Part shown: piece by piece, positions 30,740-38,637 of the stretch
How the letters are laid out: every line of letters starts with the position of its first letter
Numbering within the stretch: the stretch's first letter is position 1
Source of the DNA: Planctomycetota bacterium
GTDB taxonomy: Bacteria > Planctomycetota > UBA1135 > UBA2386
DNA length: 64,000 nt
Direction of reading: 5' to 3'
Assembly (NCBI GenBank): GCA_965223545.1
Contig: OZ245006.1
Span: forward strand, 1,600,001 to 1,664,000
Notes under the pieces: generated by a model
What the model was told of the DNA's origin: nothing
Databases searched by the model: none
What the model saw: the letters and a program-made list of their open reading frames with translations, nothing else
Translations under genes and position numbers: made by a program

Positions 30740-31261
30740 TCAGTGGGCCCCGCTCGGCGCGTCTTCGTCGAGCTCCACCCGGATGCGCCGCTCGCCCCGC
30801 ACCAGCTCGTAGGCGTGCGCCCAGCGCGCGGCGACCGTCGCGTCCGCGCCGACGGCGCGCGCAGGCCCCGGCTCGACGAGCGCGATCACGCGGTCGAGCG
30901 CTTTCCGCAACGCCGGCGTCGGCTCGACCGGGGTGCCGTCGTGGAAGGCGCGGATCTGGCCATCGCCGAGCCAGACCAAGCTGTCGGCATGCCCATCGCG
31001 GCGCAGCGTCAGCTGGTAGTGGGCGGCGGTACGATCGAAGGCGAGCTCACCGCGCACCGCGGCGCCCTCGTCACCGTTCTCGATGATGGTCACAACGCCG
31101 CGAAACGAGGCGCGCTCGGACAGCAGGGCCGTCGGCCGCGGACCGCACGCTGTGGCGGCACACAGCGCGGCCAGCGCCAGCCCCGACGGCGGGCGCGCAG
31201 AACGGACTGTGCTGGGTTGTTGCGGACGCACCGGTGGGGCCGATGCTACGGTCAGGGCCAT
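30740..31261 (-). CDS. Hypothetical (possible lipoprotein)
   Basis: LALAALCAATAC hydrophobic/lipobox segment; fills the intergenic space; start uncertain. Confidence 0.5.
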   Translation of the reverse strand: MALTVASAPPVRPQQPSTVRSARPPSGLALAALCAATACGPRPTALLSERASFRGVVTIIENGDEGAAVRGELAFDRTAAHYQLTLRRDGHADSLVWLGDGQIRAFHDGTPVEPTPALRKALDRVIALVEPGPARAVGADATVAARWAHAYELVRGERRIRVELDEDAPSGAH

Positions 31262-31320
31262 CGACCTTCTCCCATGCCACACCTTGTTTTCTGCCCCACC
31301 GGACGGTCAAAACGACCGGC

Positions 31321-32484
31321 TTGAACCTGCCTGAGATCCAGCTCGCGGTGCGGGTGCACGGCCGGCATCCGTGGTTCTTCCGCAAGATGATCCGGCGGCC
31401 ACGGCAGTCGCTGCCGGCCGGGGCCGCCGTGCGCGTCCGCGACCGCGACGGCGCGCCGGTGGGGATCGGGTTCTACAACGCGCGCTGCGAGCTGGCCCTG
31501 CGCATCCTCCGGCGCGGCACTCCGGACAACGGCGGCGACGACATCGAAGCATGCCTGCAGGAGTTGCTCGACGATGCCTTGGAGCTGCGCCACGACGTGC
31601 TCGATCTACCGGCGCGCACTACCGCATACCGGCTGGTCCACGCCGAGGGCGACGGCCTGCCCGGCCTGATTCTCGACCGGCTGGCGGACACCATCGTGGC
31701 CCAGGTGTTCGCCCTAGGCATTCACCACCACATCGAGCCGATCGGCGAGCACCTGTTGCAGCGGCTGCCCGACAGCAAGCTCGTGCTGACGGTCGACAGC
31801 GAGGCCGCCAAGCGCGAAGGCATTCCCGCGGCGCCTCCAGTGCGCGCGCGGGAGGTCGAAGTGCACGAGCACGGCGTGCTCTTCGCCGTTCGACCCGGCG
31901 AGGGACACAAGACCGGCTTCTTCGCCGATCAGCGCGGCGCGCGGCAGCGCGTGCGCTCCCTGGCGCACGGCCGCCGCGTGCTCGACCTCTTCTGCAACGC
32001 CGGTGGGTTCGCCGTCTGCGCGGCCCTCGGCGGAGCCCGCGAAGTGTTGGCCGCGGATCTCGACGAACGAGTCATCGCCGCCGCCACGGAAAACGCGGCG
32101 CGCAACCGCACGTCCGTGACGATCGAGCACGACGATGCTTTCGAGGTCCTGCGCCGCGTGCCCCGCGGGCACCACGACCTGATCATCGTCGACCCGCCCA
32201 AGTGGGCCACCGGCAAGTCCCAGATCGAAGCCGCCCGCAAGCGTTACGCCGACATCAACCGCCTCGCGTTCGAGAAGGCTCCCACCGGGGGTCTACTGCT
32301 GACCTGCTCGTGCTCGGGCGCGCTCAGCGAACACGGGTTCCTCGACATCCTGCGCCGGGCCGCCGAACAGGCAAACCGCGACGCCCGCGTGCTCCACGTT
32401 GGCGGAGCCGGCCCGGACCACCCCCACGCCCTCGAGTGCCCCGAGGGCCGCTACCTGAAGACGGTCCTGCTACAGGTTCGCTGA
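31321..32484 (+). CDS. RlmI/RlmK-like class I SAM-dependent rRNA methyltransferase
   Basis: HPW, RLVHAEGDGLPGLILD, GHKTGFFADQR, VLDLFCNAGGF, IIVDPPK, TCSCS, YLK. Confidence 0.9.
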   Translation: MNLPEIQLAVRVHGRHPWFFRKMIRRPRQSLPAGAAVRVRDRDGAPVGIGFYNARCELALRILRRGTPDNGGDDIEACLQELLDDALELRHDVLDLPARTTAYRLVHAEGDGLPGLILDRLADTIVAQVFALGIHHHIEPIGEHLLQRLPDSKLVLTVDSEAAKREGIPAAPPVRAREVEVHEHGVLFAVRPGEGHKTGFFADQRGARQRVRSLAHGRRVLDLFCNAGGFAVCAALGGAREVLAADLDERVIAAATENAARNRTSVTIEHDDAFEVLRRVPRGHHDLIIVDPPKWATGKSQIEAARKRYADINRLAFEKAPTGGLLLTCSCSGALSEHGFLDILRRAAEQANRDARVLHVGGAGPDHPHALECPEGRYLKTVLLQVR

Positions 32485-32506
32485 GAGCGGCGGCGAACAC
32501 CCCCAC

Positions 32507-33205
32507 TCAAGCCGGCCGCTCGCGGAAGTCCAACCGCCCCCGCGACCGCCGCCACCCGCCCTTCAGCAACCAGGTCCGCGCCCGCACCGTCGGCCGCGCC
32601 ACCGGCTCCGACAGCTCCACCCCCTCGCGCCACCCGTCGAACCAGGGCCCGGACGAGTAGACGTCGATCGCCTGCCGCGGCCGCTGCCGATGGTGCCAAG
32701 CATTCTGCAGCACATACACCAACGCCCGCCGCACCTCCGTCGGCGAGCGCAGCACCCGCTCGTGGAACCGCTCGGCAAACACCCGCCCCGAGCGCCCCCA
32801 CAGCTTGTTCAACCCCCGCGCCATCCGCACCAACAACCCGGTCATCCCCCGCGTCAACGCCTCCCGATCCTTCGCCTCCACCAGAAGGTGCAAGTGATCG
32901 CGCTGCACCGAGAACTCCACCAACCGAAACCCGAACCGCCCACACCCCGCCCGGATCCGCTCCACCAACATCCAGTACGTCCGCGCATTCCGTAAGCCCG
33001 GCAACCCCCGACACAACCGCACCGTCACGTGCAACGGATACCGCGCCACCAACGCCCCCCGCGCCAAGTGCGGCACCGTCTCATCACTCACCTTGGGCCG
33101 ACCAGCCCCCTCCCGAGCCCCACCCCACTGCCGAAACGGCAACTCACCCTGCACCACCCCACGGCGCCGTCCACCGCGACGCGGCCGAATCGTCTCGCTC
33201 GTCAT
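32507..33205 (-). CDS. REP-associated tyrosine (HUH/Y1) transposase, RAYT-like
   Basis: PLHVTVR, FSVQRDHLHLLVE (HUH), GRVFAERFH, ALVYVLQN (catalytic Tyr), YSSG; N-terminal WGGAREGAGRP. Confidence 0.85.
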   Translation of the reverse strand: MTSETIRPRRGGRRRGVVQGELPFRQWGGAREGAGRPKVSDETVPHLARGALVARYPLHVTVRLCRGLPGLRNARTYWMLVERIRAGCGRFGFRLVEFSVQRDHLHLLVEAKDREALTRGMTGLLVRMARGLNKLWGRSGRVFAERFHERVLRSPTEVRRALVYVLQNAWHHRQRPRQAIDVYSSGPWFDGWREGVELSEPVARPTVRARTWLLKGGWRRSRGRLDFRERPA

Positions 33206-33499
33206 TTGAATTAGCGACCTTACTAAAAAAGGTGTGGGCATGCAAGAACACACAAGAAATCCACGGAGGGCGGTCGCCGAGGGTGACGGAGCGGAGGCGA
33301 GTGCGCACCGCTCCGCGACGAAACACGCACTCCTACGTGCAACTCTTGATTCCGCGATCTTCAGTCCAAGCGGTACGAACACGCATCACGACCGGGACCG
33401 CCGCCCGCAGCTCTCGATCCAGAGGCCGAGGGAGCACGCAGGCGCGCCCCCAGAGCTCCCACCACCTCCAGCTCCAGAGCTGAAGGCTCGCCTCACCAC

Positions 33500-35532
33500 G
33501 CCGAGTAGCCGCGGGGGGTTGCCCCCCCGCAGCTCTCACAGAACCGGACTTGTGGGTCACACATCCGGCTCTTCAGGACGGTATCCCCCAAAGGGGCCGC
33601 CAGTCGTAGCGGCGCTCGTCCCAGAGCTTGGAAAGCGACACCAGCCGCTCAGCAAACCACTGATTGGGATAAGCGCGTTTGATCGCTCCCGAGTTGCTCT
33701 GCCACCACGTGCCACGCCGGCCAAACGCGGTGCGTGCAGCCGACTGCCAGCTGCACCCACGGGCGACAAGGTCTCGGAAGAGGTATCGCGGTCTCTTCTT
33801 CTGCCGAATGATGATCGCCCGCAGGCGTCGTCGAATATGGCCATCGAGATTCCGCAAGGTCCGCCACGCGGCCTTCGTGATCAGCTTGAAGTAGCCGATC
33901 CAACCACGGAGGTAACGGTTCAGTCGTTCGATGCACCAGGACAGCCGACCACCCCAGGACCGCGGCGTAAGCTCACGGATTCGGGCGTCGATGCGATCCA
34001 GAGTGCGACGGGACAACTGCACCGTCAGCCAGCCCTTTCGAGTTGCGCCTACGCGAAACCCGAGGAAGTGCCGGCGATGGGCCAGGTCGACGGAACTCTT
34101 CGCTTCGTTCACTTTCAGTCGCACGCGACGTTCGATGAACCTGCGAATCGAAGCCATGACCCGGTGTCCTGAGCGCTCGCTACCGACGTAGATATTGCAG
34201 TCGTCGGCGTAGCGCACAAAACGCAACCCGCGTCGTTCCAACTCCCAGTCCAGTTCGTCCAGGACGATGTTGGACAGCAGAGGTGATAGCGGGCCGCCCT
34301 GGGGCGTTCCTTCTTCCGTGATGACGCGGGTGCCATCTGGAAGAACCACGTTCGCTTTCAGCATCAGGCGGATGATCCGCAGCACCCGACGGTCCTTCAC
34401 CTTCTGAGCCAGCCGGTCCAGGAGGCGTTGGTGATGGACACGGTCGAAGAACTTCTCCAAATCGATGTCCACCGTGTACCGCCGACCCTGCTTCACGTAA
34501 CCCGCTGCTTCGGCGATCGCTGTGTGGGCTCCCCGCCTCGGCCGGAAGCCGTGGCTGCTGTCGTGGAACGTCGGGTCGTAGATCGGCTCCAGAATCTGGC
34601 GCACGGCCTGTTGGACCCAGCGGTCGATCACGGTTGGAATCCCGAGACCCCGCTGCCCACCACTGGGCTTCGGGATCCACACCCGACGAATATCGCCGGG
34701 CGCGTAGGTCTCCATGAGCAGAGCATCGCGGAGTTTCGGGAGCAGGTGTTTCGCATGACGCTTGACCTCTGACACCGTCTGTCCGTCGACGCCCGGGGCG
34801 CCCTTCTTGCTTACGACATGTGCCAGTGCGCTTCGCAGGTTGCCCTGCTCCGCGACCAGCTCCAGCAGATGGCAGTAGCCGTCCGCTGGCGGCGGAGCCG
34901 ATTCCGATCGATGGCTGCAATCCGTCGTAGGCACCGACGTGGACTTCGTGGCAGATTCGTCTGCCCTTCCGGCCACGCCGTCCCCTTGCGGGCTCTCGGC
35001 GAAAGCGAACTGCAGTTGCCGTGGTTTCGGCTTTCTCATCCTGTCACCCCCTTCGCTCCACCGGCATTACCCGGCTTCATCACTACTACGGGGTGATCCG
35101 ACTTCTCTGCATGCCTTGGTGGGTCGTCGTTGCCTCCTCCCCACCTACCGCTCGAAGCGGACACACAGAGATCTCCCTGGGTAAGAACGCAGAGTTTCGC
35201 GCCGCCGCCGGTTCCAGTACTCCGAGGTCGCGACTGGATATCGGGCGTCACGTTGGATGGCACGCTGACCCAGACCTCGAGAGCCTTACGGAACTTCGCT
35301 TTCGCTCGGTGCTGCGCTGCGTCTAGGGCTTCCATCCCACACGACCTCGCGGGAACAGCACGGCACGGTGTCCGTCCTGTTCTGGCATCCCGGATCAACA
35401 CCGCGCACCGCCCTCTCGGACGGCACACGGCTCCCCTTTCTGCCTCGTGCAGCTGCCTTCGACTCATGGTTTCCTCCAGTACGGATCCATAAAGAACTTT
35501 CATCTTCAACTCTGCGCCCATGCCAGGCGCAA
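33500..35532 (-). mobile_element. Full-length group II intron (IIC-like), 2033 nt
   Basis: 5' TTGCGCCTGGCATGGGCGCAG; D5 GAGCCGGATGTGTGACCCACAAGTCCGGTTC; D6 CTGCGGGGGGCAACCCCCCGCGGCTACTCGGC; removal restores a repeat unit. Confidence 0.92.
33573..35039 (-). CDS. ltrA: Group II intron reverse transcriptase/maturase, class C-like, no endonuclease domain
   Basis: GAPGVDG, RRVWIPKP, LGIPTVIDR, GFRP, DIDLEKFFDRV, GTPQGGPLSPLL, RYADD, FLGF, RGWIGYF. Confidence 0.95.
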   Translation of the reverse strand: MRKPKPRQLQFAFAESPQGDGVAGRADESATKSTSVPTTDCSHRSESAPPPADGYCHLLELVAEQGNLRSALAHVVSKKGAPGVDGQTVSEVKRHAKHLLPKLRDALLMETYAPGDIRRVWIPKPSGGQRGLGIPTVIDRWVQQAVRQILEPIYDPTFHDSSHGFRPRRGAHTAIAEAAGYVKQGRRYTVDIDLEKFFDRVHHQRLLDRLAQKVKDRRVLRIIRLMLKANVVLPDGTRVITEEGTPQGGPLSPLLSNIVLDELDWELERRGLRFVRYADDCNIYVGSERSGHRVMASIRRFIERRVRLKVNEAKSSVDLAHRRHFLGFRVGATRKGWLTVQLSRRTLDRIDARIRELTPRSWGGRLSWCIERLNRYLRGWIGYFKLITKAAWRTLRNLDGHIRRRLRAIIIRQKKRPRYLFRDLVARGCSWQSAARTAFGRRGTWWQSNSGAIKRAYPNQWFAERLVSLSKLWDERRYDWRPLWGIPS

Positions 35533-36384
35533 CATCACCGACGACAGCGGTCCAAGACGAGGCACGGGGTGCGACCGCCGCCGACGGTGACGGAGCTGAG
35601 GCGAGTGCGCAACACTCCGCGACGAAACGCGCACTCCTACGCGCGCTCTTGATTCCGTGACCTTCAGTCCAACCGGTACGACCACGCATCACGACGGGGA
35701 CCCGCCGCCCGCAGCTCCGTCACCATCGGCGTCGGTCGCACCCTGTGCCTCGTCTTGGACCGGCGCTGATGGTGATGGAGCTGCGGGCGGCCCCGCTAGC
35801 TCTCGATCCAGAGGCCGAGGGAGCGCGCAGCGCCCCCAGAGCTCCCACCACCTCCAGCTCCAGAGCTGAAGGCTCGCCGCAGCACCATCACCGACGACAG
35901 CGGTCCAAGACGAGGCACGGGGTGCGACCGCCGCCGACGGTGACGGAGCTGAGGCGAGTGCGCAACACTCCGCGACGAAACGCGCACTCCTACGCGCGCT
36001 CTTGATTCCGTGACCTTCAGTCCAACCGGTACGACCACGCATCACGACCGGGACCGCCGCCCGCAGCTCCGTCACCATCGGCGTCGGTCGCACCCTGTGC
36101 CTCGTCTTGGACCAGCGCTGATGGTGATGGAGCTGCGGGCGGCCCCGCTAGCTCTCGATCCAGAGGCCGAGGGAGCACGCAGGCGCGCCCCCAGAGCTCC
36201 TACCACCTCCAGCTCCAGAGCTGAAGGCTCGCCGCAGCACCCTCACCGACGACAGCGGTCCAAGACGAGGCACGGGGTGCGACCGCCGCCGACGGTGACG
36301 GAGCTGAGGCGAGTGCGCACCACTCCGCGACGACACGCGCACGCCGGGCATCGGGTGGAGCGTGGCGGTTTCTCCCGGGCGGAC

Positions 36385-37617
36385 TCAATCGGTTGCGCGG
36401 GGCCGGACTGCGGCCAGGCCGGCGAGTCTCGCCGTGGCGAAGGCGGCTTGGAAGTTGAAGCCTCCGATGGGGCCGTCGAGGTCGAGGAGTTCGCCGCAGA
36501 TGAAGAGGCCGGGGTGGAGGCGTGATTGCATGGTCTTGGGGTCGACCTCGGTCAGGTCGACGCCGCCGCGGGTGACCTCGGCGTGGGCGAAGCCGAGGCT
36601 GCGTGGTACCGGGACCTGGGTCGCCTTCAGGCTGCGGACGAGCGCCTCGCGGGCGTCGCGGCGTAGCTCGGCGAGCGCTCCGTCGGCGCCTGCGCGCGCG
36701 CACAAGGCGGCGCGTAGGCGGTCTGGGAGGCCGCGGGGCAATGCTTGGCGCACGGCGCGGCGGCCTTGGCGCTGCGCACCCTTGACCAGGGCGTCGCGCA
36801 CCGCCGCCTCGTTCAGCTCCGGCGCGAAGTCGAGCCGCACCGTCCCACCGCCGCACTCTTCGATGCTGCCGCTGACGTCCATCGCGCCCGGGCCCGACAG
36901 CCCCTTGTGGGTGAACAACACCGGCCGTTGGCGGGTGCAGCGCACTTTGCCGTCTGCGTCGACCGCGGCGATGGCCGGGGTGACGACCAGCCCGGCCAGC
37001 GACCGGACCCACTCCTCCTCGACCCACAGCGGCGCCAGCGCCGGGACCGGGTCGACGATGCGGTGGCCGAACTCGCGGCAGAACCCGTAGCCGTCACCGG
37101 TGGCTCCGGTGCGCGGATAGCTCAGTCCGCCGGTGGCGAGCACGACGGCGCGCGCGCTGCAGGCGCCTTGCGTCGTGTCCAGCTCGAACCCGGGCCCCTC
37201 CGCCCGAAGGCCAGTCACCGCGCACTCGCGCACCAGCTCCGCACCGGCGGCGGCGGCGGCGCTGAGGAGGGCGTCGAGCACATCGCGCGCGCGGCCCGAG
37301 ACGGGGAAGATCTTCTCGAGGTCCTCTTCGCGCAGCGGGACGCCGCACTCCTCGACCAACGCGCACAAAGCCGCCGGTGGGAACGAGCGCAGCGCGTGGC
37401 GCAGAAAGCGCCCACGGCGCTGCCCGTACTGGGCTTCGAGGTCGCGACCGCTGCGGGTCGTGGTGAGATTGCACCGGCCGCCGCCGCTGATCAGGATCTT
37501 CAGGCCAGGGCGGCTGTTCTTCTCCAACAGGAGAACACGTGCGCCATCCTTGGCGGCGACGGTCGCCGCCGTGATGCCCGCGGCGCCGGCCCCCACGACC
37601 ACAACGTCGGCACGCAC
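36385..37617 (-). CDS. HI0933/BaiN-family flavoprotein
   Basis: GAGAAG, GLKILISGGGRCNLT, ATGGLSYPRTGATGDGY, FTHKGLSGP, VTRGGV, GELLDLDGPIGGFNFQ. Confidence 0.93.
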   Translation of the reverse strand: MRADVVVVGAGAAGITAATVAAKDGARVLLLEKNSRPGLKILISGGGRCNLTTTRSGRDLEAQYGQRRGRFLRHALRSFPPAALCALVEECGVPLREEDLEKIFPVSGRARDVLDALLSAAAAAGAELVRECAVTGLRAEGPGFELDTTQGACSARAVVLATGGLSYPRTGATGDGYGFCREFGHRIVDPVPALAPLWVEEEWVRSLAGLVVTPAIAAVDADGKVRCTRQRPVLFTHKGLSGPGAMDVSGSIEECGGGTVRLDFAPELNEAAVRDALVKGAQRQGRRAVRQALPRGLPDRLRAALCARAGADGALAELRRDAREALVRSLKATQVPVPRSLGFAHAEVTRGGVDLTEVDPKTMQSRLHPGLFICGELLDLDGPIGGFNFQAAFATARLAGLAAVRPRATD

Positions 37618-37639
37618 GGCCGCGGCGGGATCGCGCTGC

Positions 37640-37801
37640 CTACGAGTCGCTCGAGTCGCCCGCGCTGCTCGAGTCGCCGGACCGCTGCACCGGCTTCACC
37701 GAGCCGCGCTTCTTGCGCATCGTCGACCAGCCCTTGCCGAGCTTCTTGAGCTTGAGTCGGCCTCGGGTGCAGCCGCCGGCTTTGCGTCGTGACTTCGCCA
37801 T
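37640..37801 (-). CDS. Small basic protein (53 aa)
   Basis: MAKSRRKAGGCTRGRLKLKKLGKGWSTMRKKRG...; strong GAGGAG RBS; 20 nt downstream of the rplC stop; AAG/CGC codon bias. Confidence 0.75.
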   Translation of the reverse strand: MAKSRRKAGGCTRGRLKLKKLGKGWSTMRKKRGSVKPVQRSGDSSSAGDSSDS

Positions 37802-37821
37802 TTGTGTCTCTCCTCGATGCG

Positions 37822-38535
37822 TCAGACCTTGACCGACTTGCGCAGCACGACGTAGGCCGAGCGGTGGCCGGGGATCGCGCCCTTGATGAAGACGAGATTG
37901 CGCTCCTCGTCGACCTTGACCACTTCGAGGTTCTGCACGGTGCGCTGCTCGTCGCCGTAGTGACCCGCCATGTGCTTGCCCTTGGGCACGCCGTGGTGGG
38001 TCGAGTAGGTGCGGCCGATGCCACCAGCGCGCCGGTGGTTCTTGCTGTTGCCGTGGGTCGTCGCCTGCCGGCCGAACCCCCACCGCTTGATGGTGCCCGC
38101 CCAACCGCGACCCTTGGTCGTGCCGATCACGTCGACGCGCGCGACGTCCTTCAGCACATCGACCTTGATCTCGTCACCCGCCTTGCACTCGGGCATGCCC
38201 TCGTAGCGCAGCTCGCGAACGAATGCCTTGGCGCCACTGCCGGCCTTGGCGGCGTGGCCGCGCTCGGCCTTGCTGGCGGCCTTGTCGGTCTTGTCGTCGA
38301 AGCCGAGCTGCACCGCGTAGTAGCCGTCGGTCCGCCGCGGGCGGTCGTGCTTGCCGCGGCGCTTGCCCAGGTTGGTGGCCGCACCGCGCTGATCCTCCGG
38401 CAACTCGGCCAAGTCGTTGCACTTGACCTGCAGCACCTTGCACGGCCCGGCCTCCACCACCGTCACCGGCACGCAGGTGCCGTCCGGCTGGAAGATCTGC
38501 GTCATGCCGAGCTTCTTACCGAGGATTCCGATCAT
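37822..38535 (-). CDS. rplC: 50S ribosomal protein L3 with N-terminal-region insertion
   Basis: [61 protein letters not shown]. Confidence 0.95.
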   Translation of the reverse strand: MIGILGKKLGMTQIFQPDGTCVPVTVVEAGPCKVLQVKCNDLAELPEDQRGAATNLGKRRGKHDRPRRTDGYYAVQLGFDDKTDKAASKAERGHAAKAGSGAKAFVRELRYEGMPECKAGDEIKVDVLKDVARVDVIGTTKGRGWAGTIKRWGFGRQATTHGNSKNHRRAGGIGRTYSTHHGVPKGKHMAGHYGDEQRTVQNLEVVKVDEERNLVFIKGAIPGHRSAYVVLRKSVKV

Positions 38536-38637
38536 CTGTATACCGCCGGGGAATGGGGGGCGAGCACGTTAGGGACGGTCCAGGCGGGTTGCAAGCCCAA
38601 GTGCCCGCGGCAAGTGCCCATAGGCCAGAATCTCGTC

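Larger units (their letters stand above)
33275..36342. repeat. Tandem array (~353-355 bp period) of alternating-orientation ~70-bp hairpin elements (BIME/REPIN-like), interrupted by the intron
   Basis: Unit starts at 35533, 35886 and 36241; diverged first unit 33275-33499; 35533-35598 is an inverted copy of 35712-35783. Confidence 0.9.

Noticed and set aside
32507..33205. IS200/IS605 element with TnpB
   Set aside because: No tnpB ORF; the size and motifs (Y..N, YSS) fit the RAYT branch better
33573..35039. Retron, DGR or CRISPR-associated RT
   Set aside because: The RT has domain 0 and maturase X features and is enclosed by clear D5/D6 and 5' intron motifs; no TR/VR pair was seen
35533..36342. 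CRISPR array
   Set aside because: The intervening sequences are constant rather than unique spacers, the period is ~354 bp, and no cas genes are present
35036..36525. Short ORFs with repeated peptides in the array region
   Set aside because: They are translations of the DNA repeats and intron RNA, with no RBS or coding signal recognised
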